Positions 56,527 to 63,791 of a DNA stretch of 64,000 nt are shown in pieces. Source of the stretch: a virus (lineage: Duplodnaviria > Caudoviricetes); IMG/VR virus record IMGVR_UViG_2974597873_000001, positions 32,001 through 96,000 of that record; one strand, 5' to 3'. The position numbers were made by a program, and so were the translations under genes. The notes below the pieces were generated by a model, which saw nothing but the letters and a program-made list of their open reading frames with translations, was not told the origin of the DNA and made no database searches. How positions within the stretch are numbered: position 1 is the first letter of the stretch; every line of letters starts with the position of its first letter.

Positions 56527-58101
56527 TTAGCGTCTACGATCGTAGAACGGATTCGATGAGTTCTCCATTGACTCGGTTACACTTTCCGAAATTACACTAA
56601 GCGCAATAGCCAAGGAGTCCGCATAGTCATCGTGCGCGTTGGTTTCCTTTGGTGCTTCTGCGATCATGTAGGGTCCTTCGAACTTCACCTGTAGGTCAGA
56701 CATCTGCTGAATGAACTTACGGTAAGTACGAAGCTGTCTGGACTTTGCGTGCGCAGGCCAACCGATCTTTCCACGGTCGAGCATTTCACGCAGATACTTC
56801 CAGCGATCCGACTGCGCCGGTCTTTGAGACGACACGTCGATGATTTCAATATGAGGCAACATGACACGAAGACGGGAAATGAAGATGTCTCCCATTCCCG
56901 CAGCGTCTACGCCAATAGCCCACACATTGTACTTGGACACGAATTCTACGATTCTATGATACTGCGTTTCCCAGTCCATACCTTGCAGGTCGAGCCAATT
57001 CAAGATTCGACAATTGTAATACCCAAATTCATCAGGTCTATTCCAATCCACGAATACAGCAGTGACAACGGTACTGTCCACCTTACGAGCGGGGTCGATA
57101 CCAATGATGATCGGAGTCTCGTAGAAAGCCTTAACAGTTTCCATGGACTTGTCGCCCAACTCGTTAAGACGAGATTCCGTGGTGAACATTCCCTGTTCCA
57201 GCAACCACATAAGACGATAAGAAAGCTTGAACTCGTCAGACTCGAATCCCATCTTCAGCATGTCTCGCGCGACAGCCTTTTCGTAGTTCTTGTTCCATCT
57301 ACCGACTTCCTTATAGTCAGCCTGGTAGTGGTTCGTACGAGCACCACGTCTTGTGGCCTGTCGCTTGTTCTGCTGGATGTCTCGATAGAACACACCCTTC
57401 TCGTAAGAAGGCGTTCCGGTCATGACGAAAGTACCGTTAGTAGAAGCGAGCATAGGGGAGATCGACTTGTCGACTACCTTCTGGTCAGCTACCTGCGACT
57501 CGTCAAGGAGACAGATGTGGTAGGTCTTACCCTCAATGTTGGCGCGCGGGTGAGCAGTCTGACGACGAACCAGAGACCCACACTTACTCAGCTTGATCTC
57601 CGATCCACGGCCAATGATCTTCTCGTCAATGGCAGGGTCCAGAAGGATCTGCTGCGCACGCTCAGACGTCAACACAGAGACAATACGGGAGAACAGAGTC
57701 TTGGCCATGTCATCAACAGGGGCGAAAGCTCCTACCCATACCCCTTCCTTGTAATCGTCCAGCCATTCCTTGAATGGTTCGACCTTCGCCAAGCGGGGTA
57801 GCATAATCATCAACGTAGCCACAGTATTGGCTACTGTCTCCGTCTTTCCACTCTGACGGGAGAATAGCGCTGTTACTGTCGCTCCGTCCTTGATAATCAT
57901 GGATTCCATAATACGTGCAGCAAAGGGACGCTGATATGGGTGAAGAGGGTGTCCAGACAATTCGTCTGCGAATTTCAATAGCCGCTCTACCAGAGCATCC
58001 ACGAATTCCTGGGAATTGGGGTCCAGTTCTACCCTGGACATCTCAGAGGCTTTAAGCTCTTCCGGGCTTAGCTCCTCCTCATAGTCAAGCTCTGTAGTCA
58101 T
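56527..58101 (-). CDS. terL: terminase large subunit
   Basis: PYQ, SRQSGKTE Walker A, LLDE Walker B, TGTP, GIDPA, HDDYADS. Confidence 0.92.
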   Translation of the reverse strand: MTTELDYEEELSPEELKASEMSRVELDPNSQEFVDALVERLLKFADELSGHPLHPYQRPFAARIMESMIIKDGATVTALFSRQSGKTETVANTVATLMIMLPRLAKVEPFKEWLDDYKEGVWVGAFAPVDDMAKTLFSRIVSVLTSERAQQILLDPAIDEKIIGRGSEIKLSKCGSLVRRQTAHPRANIEGKTYHICLLDESQVADQKVVDKSISPMLASTNGTFVMTGTPSYEKGVFYRDIQQNKRQATRRGARTNHYQADYKEVGRWNKNYEKAVARDMLKMGFESDEFKLSYRLMWLLEQGMFTTESRLNELGDKSMETVKAFYETPIIIGIDPARKVDSTVVTAVFVDWNRPDEFGYYNCRILNWLDLQGMDWETQYHRIVEFVSKYNVWAIGVDAAGMGDIFISRLRVMLPHIEIIDVSSQRPAQSDRWKYLREMLDRGKIGWPAHAKSRQLRTYRKFIQQMSDLQVKFEGPYMIAEAPKETNAHDDYADSLAIALSVISESVTESMENSSNPFYDRRR

Positions 58102-58159
58102 GTAATTCTCCGGGTTAGTTACTCATATAGGAAAGTTCTCCTACCATTCTACCGGAGAG

Positions 58160-58188
58160 TTGACATTTAGCGTGTGACGGGGTACTGT
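58160..58188 (+). promoter_or_regulatory. rightward sigma-70-type promoter
   Basis: TTGACA-17-TACTGT followed by AAAGGAG RBS. Confidence 0.8.
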
Positions 58189-58210
58189 CTTGAACGAAAG
58201 GAGTTGCATC

Positions 58211-58468
58211 ATGTACGAAGACGACATTAACGAAATGGCCAACAGCGTACAGAATCCGGATGCAATGCACGACTTCCTTTCCACAGGAGCCGCCGTACTG
58301 ATCGGCGCATACATCGGACACAAGATTGACCAGAGCCGCTTCGGACGCAGGGTAAACGAAAGCCCCACTTTCCAAGCGATCTTCTGGATTTTCAAAATCC
58401 TGATGATCCTGTTGGGAGTGGGGCTTGCGTTGTTCTTCGTATTCTTCTGTCTGCTACCGCAGTTTTAG
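58211..58468 (+). CDS. small two-TM membrane protein (only credible plus-strand gene)
   Basis: Own promoter and RBS; FLSTGAAVLIGAYIG and IFWIFKILMILLGVGLALFFVFFCLL. Confidence 0.75.
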   Translation: MYEDDINEMANSVQNPDAMHDFLSTGAAVLIGAYIGHKIDQSRFGRRVNESPTFQAIFWIFKILMILLGVGLALFFVFFCLLPQF

Positions 58469-58738
58469 AACATCCGTAGCCGCCAACAAGGCTTGGGCAG
58501 CATCACGAATATCATTGCAGTACAGAGGAACCTCGTCTGAATTTCGGGCGAGGTTCTTTCTTGTTTCCTGCACAGAACGGCCAATTGCCGTGTGGAGGTT
58601 ATCCATGTATCTCACAACCTCATCAGACGTTACTGTCTCCAGACGTCTTCGGGCTTTGGTGTATACAGGGTCAGCATTACCGTATTCTCGTTTCTTGAAA
58701 ATCATCGCATCAGATCCGCCATAGAGACGATCTTCCAC
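58454..58738 (-). CDS. hypothetical protein
   Basis: Helical ORF; start at 58738 (GAGGA RBS) or 58705. Confidence 0.65.
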   Translation of the reverse strand: MEDRLYGGSDAMIFKKREYGNADPVYTKARRRLETVTSDEVVRYMDNLHTAIGRSVQETRKNLARNSDEVPLYCNDIRDAAQALLAATDVLKLR

Positions 58739-59058
58739 TCCTCATCAAGATCCTTGGAGTTAGCCGCAATGGTCTCCCGTGCTCTCATCTTCTCCAGCTC
58801 CGTGGCATTCTTCATCTCTCGTCCCGAGAGCGAGGCAAGGATCGCTTGCTCTTCTGTATCATGCGTTGCGTGCCAGCGCCCGAACTGGAGCCCGAACGTC
58901 GTGAACGGGACACGGAAGATGTGGGAGTTCGCCCAACGGTACGGCGAGTCGATTTCGTGAATAGGGTGCGCATGATACAACTCCGTTCCTTTTCGGAGAC
59001 GAATAGTAGCCCAGAACAGTCCCGCAAAGAGATCGTGGGTTTCCTGTGTGAATGCCAT
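58702..59058 (-). CDS. hypothetical protein
   Basis: AGGA RBS; E.D.PYR motif. Confidence 0.65.
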   Translation of the reverse strand: MAFTQETHDLFAGLFWATIRLRKGTELYHAHPIHEIDSPYRWANSHIFRVPFTTFGLQFGRWHATHDTEEQAILASLSGREMKNATELEKMRARETIAANSKDLDEEWKIVSMADLMR

Positions 59059-59067
59059 TTAGTATTC

Positions 59068-59493
59068 CTATCTTTCGATTTCTCTTACGTACGGATAGCG
59101 GTTCAACGTCGAATTGATAAAGCGACCGGGTGATTGTGCGCGCTGGAATCTCCACCACACAGAAGGAGGCACGTTGTGATAACCATACACATCACCATCA
59201 CGGAACTTCACGTGGAGGGTCATTGTAGCAGGATCGTATCCCGCTGCCAAGGTTCTTGGTCTACCCGGGTTGATCGTCGGTGTAGGACGATACGGCATGA
59301 GGTCACCATCGTCCCCTGCACGCGCTCTAAGAAGCTCGTCGGGATCTTGGAACTGTGCCCCCACGTTAGAGCGTCTACGAAGCTCCTGGACGTTGTCCTG
59401 AGCCACTGTGACAGGAGTGGGAGCTACTGTCTGATAGGAGCTACGACCCAGAAATACTTCGTCCCATCTATTGCCTGCTTTTCTTCTTGCCAT
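59068..59493 (-). CDS. KTSC domain protein
   Basis: AGYD.....L.V.F.DG.VY.Y.NVP..VW..F..A.S.GRFIN. Confidence 0.8.
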   Translation of the reverse strand: MARRKAGNRWDEVFLGRSSYQTVAPTPVTVAQDNVQELRRRSNVGAQFQDPDELLRARAGDDGDLMPYRPTPTINPGRPRTLAAGYDPATMTLHVKFRDGDVYGYHNVPPSVWWRFQRAQSPGRFINSTLNRYPYVREIER

Positions 59494-59510
59494 TGTTTCT
59501 CCTAAACACA

Positions 59511-59547
59511 GAATCCCTATTGGTATCCATCATACCAATAGGGATTC
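59511..59547. repeat. perfect 16-bp inverted repeat (terminator and/or promoter site)
   Basis: GAATCCCTATTGGTAT-CCATC-ATACCAATAGGGATTC; minus-strand TATGAT straddles the loop. Confidence 0.8.
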
Positions 59548-59549
59548 CG

Positions 59550-59753
59550 TTACTTACTTTGGACCGTCCACCCGTCGGGGTATTCCTGCCCAGGCTCACC
59601 TGTTACTGTCTCATGAGGACATTCCTCACCGGGGTAATGAACCCCCTCATGAAACCAGCAGGTGTCCACTTGCATATGAGGATTGTAACCCACGGACTTG
59701 CTTCGTCCCGTGTTGGCTATCTCCTCATACCAAGGTTCATGATTCCGTTCCAT
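59550..59753 (-). CDS. hypothetical protein
   Basis: C..H...H...C motif; fills gap. Confidence 0.5.
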   Translation of the reverse strand: MERNHEPWYEEIANTGRSKSVGYNPHMQVDTCWFHEGVHYPGEECPHETVTGEPGQEYPDGWTVQSK

Positions 59754-60192
59754 AAAGAACCTTTCCGATGTCTGCTCGCTGGAAATTGTCCGGCTTCAAG
59801 ACCTTGCCGAACTCGTTCTTGTGAACCTTTCCATCATCCCAGACCTTACGCATGTTCGCCTTGTGAATCTCGTTGAAGACCCTGTCCAGCGGAATACCTA
59901 GCTCCTCAGCCGTCCCGTACACAACGTACAGAAGGTCAGCAAGCTCACTGGCCACCTCCACCATAGCTTCCTCTGGCGTGTAGCTGTTCAGACCCAGGTG
60001 GGCCTTCTCCAGAGTCAGCAGAGCGTCAGTAACTTCGGCGTACTCCTCGTACACAAGCTGCGTACGTCGGTCAATCTTCTGAAGAACCGAATCGTTCTTC
60101 TGCTCCGGAGAGAAGGTCTCATGGAATTCCTTGAGATTCTTCAGCGGGTTGTAGTTGGACATGTAAAACACACCAGCGCTTGCGAAAGCCAT
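59737..60192 (-). CDS. MazG-like NTP pyrophosphohydrolase
   Basis: EFH..F, EE..E, ELADLLYV.YG, F.EIH.ANM.K, GKVLKP. Confidence 0.88.
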   Translation of the reverse strand: MAFASAGVFYMSNYNPLKNLKEFHETFSPEQKNDSVLQKIDRRTQLVYEEYAEVTDALLTLEKAHLGLNSYTPEEAMVEVASELADLLYVVYGTAEELGIPLDRVFNEIHKANMRKVWDDGKVHKNEFGKVLKPDNFQRADIGKVLYGTES

Positions 60193-61398
60193 TTAGTACG
60201 TAACTCCTTCGTAGTGGAACGTCTTGTTCTGAGCGATGAGAAGGTTGGTGAAGTTCATCCCGTGCAGGCGATCAATGACCACCATACCGTGCGACCAGTC
60301 CGGAGACTTACCGCTGATGTAACCACCGTTGCTCTCAACCGCCATGTCGAAGTCCATCATGCACCCCGCGTTCACATAAGTCAAGGTGTTGCCCTTGCCT
60401 TCGTAACCCTGGAAGGCCGTACGCATACCAGCCTGGTGACAGTGACCCGCGAGAAGGCTGACACCCATGTCCTTGATCACCTGAGCACCCTGGTTAAGGT
60501 GCGTCTTGGACGTGAAGGAGAACTGGTGTCCGTGAGCGACCACGTAACCCGGAAGGAACTGATCGATCTTACGCCAGTACTCGATGCCGAGATTCGTAAG
60601 CTCGTAGATGTTCTCCGGAAGGAGACCACGAAGAGTGTGGTATCCCAGTGCCGCCTGTGCCGACTTCTGCTGAAAGCGGTTCATGTGGTTGGAGTGCGCC
60701 ATGATGATACGCGTATTCGGAAGAGCCTGACGAAGAGCGGTCAGATATCCAACCGTCTGATCGATCTGATCCTGAAGGTTGGACTGAACCTCGTCAAGAG
60801 TTCCAGCAGCGTGACGACCGATAGAAGTGTTGTCACACTCATCACCAGTCAGCACCAGCTTATCAGGCTGAAGGTCACCGGCAAACTGAATTGCCTTGTC
60901 CAGAACCTCAGCATCATGGCGGTCAATCTGCCAGTCACCAAAGGCCAGAACAGTCTCAGAAGCCTTGTTACGCGTGCTCATCTTCTTCATGTTGTCCGGA
61001 GTAAGGAAACGACGCTCGTACTTAACAGGAGTGACAGGATCTGGAATGTTCCTCCAAGCCTGTCCACCAAGGTCGACGTCGGGGCGGAACTGAAGTTCTC
61101 CCGTAAGGTACTTGTTTCCGTGACCAAGAACGGTCTTGGCCTCCGCGTACTCACGATTGTACTTCTCCGCCTCAGTCTCTTCGCGGTTACTCTCGGCAAG
61201 AGCCACATAGCCAGCCTCAGTGGCCTCCTGAAGCGTTCTCCAGGTGCGAATAAGCTTCTCGCTCACGGGAGTACCCTGAGTCGCTGTGAGGAGATCTGAC
61301 GCCCTCTTACGGCCGATAGAGCGGTCATTCAGGATGTCGAACACATCCTGGTTAACCTGAGATACAACGCGAAGCTTCTCAATGCTGTCAATCTTCAT
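60193..61398 (-). CDS. calcineurin-like metallophosphoesterase
   Basis: GDWQ, GDECD, SNH, HGH, GHCH, W..G. Confidence 0.85.
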   Translation of the reverse strand: MKIDSIEKLRVVSQVNQDVFDILNDRSIGRKRASDLLTATQGTPVSEKLIRTWRTLQEATEAGYVALAESNREETEAEKYNREYAEAKTVLGHGNKYLTGELQFRPDVDLGGQAWRNIPDPVTPVKYERRFLTPDNMKKMSTRNKASETVLAFGDWQIDRHDAEVLDKAIQFAGDLQPDKLVLTGDECDNTSIGRHAAGTLDEVQSNLQDQIDQTVGYLTALRQALPNTRIIMAHSNHMNRFQQKSAQAALGYHTLRGLLPENIYELTNLGIEYWRKIDQFLPGYVVAHGHQFSFTSKTHLNQGAQVIKDMGVSLLAGHCHQAGMRTAFQGYEGKGNTLTYVNAGCMMDFDMAVESNGGYISGKSPDWSHGMVVIDRLHGMNFTNLLIAQNKTFHYEGVTY

Positions 61399-61412
61399 GC
61401 CTACCCTTTCTG

Positions 61413-61468
61413 TAAACGAAAACTCCGTAGTACAGGCATATCCTACACTACGGAGCTGACGATGTCTA
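61413..61468 (-). promoter_or_regulatory. terminator hairpin with embedded promoter (TAGACA-17-TAGGAT)
   Basis: 16-bp stem with 3 G-U (61421-61457) followed by TTTCGTTT; -35 at 61463-61468, -10 at 61440-61445. Confidence 0.8.
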
Positions 61469-61472
61469 CTGA

Positions 61473-61925
61473 CTACGTTTTAAGCGTCACGATGATCTGA
61501 GCGATCACCAGGACGATGGGAATCATAACCGCAGCAATCAGCCAGCGATGCTTGTCCCTACGCTTGTTCTCTTCTTCTTCACGAGTATTCTTCTCTGTAT
61601 CGAGAAGCAATACGACCTTATCCACATCCGAATCATGATCCTTACGAAGGGAATCGATTCTGTCAATGAGTTCCTTCTTAAGGATCTCGATGTCTTTCTC
61701 GACCCCACTCAATCTTTCCAGAAGGGCGCGATGCTGCTGGTCTGCTGCTCTCTTATCAGCTCCATACTCGGTAGCGCTTACCACGCGGTCAATCCTTGTG
61801 GCTAGCTCTGCATAGCGTGCTTCATTCGTTCTCTGGAGATTATCAATCTCCCTCTGAATTGCCCACGCCCAGGTCCCTGAAGGAGGACCCGTGTTATCCA
61901 TTGGTAGTGTCATTTCGCGACTCAA
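61473..61925 (-). CDS. coiled-coil protein with C-terminal TM helix
   Basis: Heptad region then WLIAAVMIPIVLVIAQIIV; start uncertain. Confidence 0.7.
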   Translation of the reverse strand: MSREMTLPMDNTGPPSGTWAWAIQREIDNLQRTNEARYAELATRIDRVVSATEYGADKRAADQQHRALLERLSGVEKDIEILKKELIDRIDSLRKDHDSDVDKVVLLLDTEKNTREEEENKRRDKHRWLIAAVMIPIVLVIAQIIVTLKT

Positions 61926-62097
61926 TTCGGGCTAGGTTTACAGAATTCACAAATAGCCCAGATCCCAATTACGGGGTCTTCTTCAAATTGATATCACGAG
62001 TTCTACACGGTGAGTCTAGCGCTATTCATGTAAACAGAATAACACTTTTACCAAGTATTTCTACCTAGTAATTGACTCACCGTGTAGGTAGTAACTC

Positions 62098-63177
62098 CTA
62101 CTCGTCGCCTCGCGGCTTGAGCATCTTCCAAATGGCCTCTTCCATGTCCCGACCGTTACGGTACCCGAACACAAGGTGAGGATACATGGACCACTTAGGA
62201 TCCTTAGCGAATTCCGCAAAGTCCTTCTGGGACCAGTTATCCCGACCAAACTTCGTGTCCAGTGCGGTCACGATCCGCCAGTATTCCTTTTCGGAGGCGT
62301 CGCAGATGTTCCAGTGCTTCTCCAGCAGCACATCATACTGCTCACGAAGCCAGTCGTGCCACTCGTCCGGAACGATCTCCAGCATATCCTCAAGGGTCTT
62401 GCCCTCGGACAGGTTCTCCCACACACGGCGCGGCGTAAGACCCGTTACGATCTTGTGGAGAAGAACGTAATCCTCCTGCTTGATCTTGACCATGACCTTA
62501 CGGTCAGGAATGTGGACCACAAAGCCCTCCGCGTTACGGCGAGGAGAGGCTTCCAGGGCCTCCTGGAGCGTCTGGTAGCGGAAGGTGGTAGCCTTACGCC
62601 CCTTCCAGTCAAAGACGTCCTCAGGAAGCGCCACAAAGCCTTCGTCAATCAGACGAACACCCAGCAGAACCAGACCCGAGTAACCCTCGTAATCCAGGAC
62701 GATACGGTTCGACGGATAGATGATCTCGAACATCCACGTCTCCTCATCCTCGCGGAAGTGAGTCGTCATGTACTTACGGATCTCCTTCGTCGCCCACTCC
62801 GCCTGTTCCGAGTGGAACGAGCCCTTCGTAGCGATAGCCAGGAAGCCGTCAGGACGACGGTACAGAATACCCAGCGAACCGTCCATCTTGTCCGTCACCC
62901 GGACGTAGTCCGTCGGGTCAAGCTGAACAGTCTGAGAAGGCTCACCGTAGTTGAAGAACTTGTCGAACGGACGAGCAAGGATTTCCTTGGTCTCCCAGTT
63001 GACGATAAGACCACGGGTCTTCTTCGTGACATTGTTCCACACGCGCTCGTACACGCACTTCTCCGTGTACTCAAAGATACGAAGCTCCGGGAACTCGTTG
63101 TGCGTCTTGTAGCGTACGTAACCTTCCTCCAGCATGATCTGGAGCGCCCACGGGTCCATCAGCTCATGAATCTTCAC
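62098..63177 (-). CDS. RNA ligase 1 (T4 RnlA-like)
   Basis: RGLI, RPF.KFFN.GE, KMDGSLG, AT.GSF.SEQA, FEII, EGFV, KIK...Y..LH. Confidence 0.92.
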   Translation of the reverse strand: MKIHELMDPWALQIMLEEGYVRYKTHNEFPELRIFEYTEKCVYERVWNNVTKKTRGLIVNWETKEILARPFDKFFNYGEPSQTVQLDPTDYVRVTDKMDGSLGILYRRPDGFLAIATKGSFHSEQAEWATKEIRKYMTTHFREDEETWMFEIIYPSNRIVLDYEGYSGLVLLGVRLIDEGFVALPEDVFDWKGRKATTFRYQTLQEALEASPRRNAEGFVVHIPDRKVMVKIKQEDYVLLHKIVTGLTPRRVWENLSEGKTLEDMLEIVPDEWHDWLREQYDVLLEKHWNICDASEKEYWRIVTALDTKFGRDNWSQKDFAEFAKDPKWSMYPHLVFGYRNGRDMEEAIWKMLKPRGDE

Positions 63178-63367
63178 GGTTAGCTTCCTCCTTCAGCTCG
63201 TTGACCTTGTTTCGACTACAGTAGCACCCGCAGTATCCAGTGGGCAAGGGCTCCTTGTTCTTCTCTGCCCACCACACGTCTTCTGCGTCCCACCAAGGAT
63301 GGGGGTTCTCGTCGTGCATGTCAAACTTACAGCCCCAACAGGTTGTAGGGCAAGTGATTGCGGCCAT
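63164..63367 (-). CDS. Cys-rich hypothetical protein
   Basis: GGGAGG RBS before MAAITCPTTCWGC; YCGCYC. Confidence 0.7.
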   Translation of the reverse strand: MAAITCPTTCWGCKFDMHDENPHPWWDAEDVWWAEKNKEPLPTGYCGCYCSRNKVNELKEEANREDS

Positions 63368-63389
63368 GTCTGCCTCCCTTTCTGGGGAG

Positions 63390-63450
63390 AGCCTATAACG
63401 AAGAACGCCCTCTGTCAAGTTCTTCAAACTGAAGAGACAGAGGGCGCTTC
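63390..63450 (-). promoter_or_regulatory. hairpin after tRNA-Tyr overlapping promoter TTGACA-17-TAGGCT
   Basis: CGCCCTCTGTC/GACAGAGGGCG stem; -35 at 63413-63418, -10 at 63390-63395. Confidence 0.75.
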
Positions 63451-63476
63451 GATAGCATATCCCGTAGGACGTGCAG

Positions 63477-63558
63477 TGCGTGCGGAGGGACTTGAACCCC
63501 CAGAGCCGAAGCAACGGCTTTACAGGCCGCACCGCTACCAATTACGGGTTACACACGC
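63477..63558 (-). tRNA. tRNA-Tyr (GTA), CCA not encoded
   Basis: Cloverleaf: acceptor GCGTGTG/CGCACGC, anticodon loop CTGTAAA, long variable arm, GGTTCAAGTCC. Confidence 0.9.
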
Positions 63559-63564
63559 ATGTAT

Positions 63565-63687
63565 TCAATTGTCCTTAGGGAAGGGACGCTGGCATTCCTT
63601 ACAGAATTTTGCCATCGGACGATTACCAGTTCCACAGTACACACAGAACTTCTTGCTGAAATCCGGCTTTAACTTGAAACGCTTCAT
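63565..63687 (-). CDS. small zinc-ribbon protein (40 aa) between tRNAs
   Basis: AAGGAG RBS; FCVYCG..N...AKFC.EC. Confidence 0.7.
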   Translation of the reverse strand: MKRFKLKPDFSKKFCVYCGTGNRPMAKFCKECQRPFPKDN

Positions 63688-63711
63688 AACCGTTCTCCTT
63701 CTTTTAGGGAG

Positions 63712-63784
63712 AGGGAAGGCCGGGATTCGAACCCGAAACCACCGCGACCACAACGCGGCGCTCTACCAATTGAGCTACCGACCC
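63712..63784 (-). tRNA. tRNA-His (GTG), atypical acceptor stem
   Basis: TAGCTCAATTGGTAGAGC D-arm, CCGCG-TTGTGGT-CGCGG, GGTTCGAATCC; two acceptor mismatches. Confidence 0.8.
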
Positions 63785-63791
63785 ATTTAGA

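Noticed and set aside
58115-58395. Minus-strand ORFs 58115..58375 and 58141..58395
   Set aside because: No RBS; the plus-strand gene has promoter, RBS and TM segments
59998-63183. Long plus-strand ORFs (59998..61299, 62176..63183; likewise 8864..10060, 21134..22171, 56749..57801)
   Set aside because: They mirror well-supported minus-strand genes, lack RBS and motifs, and are the expected artefact of GC3-biased codons
63368-63753. Upstream extensions of ORFs 63164..63541 and 63565..63753
   Set aside because: The extensions run through tRNA genes and a hairpin; RBS-supported starts are at 63367 and 63687
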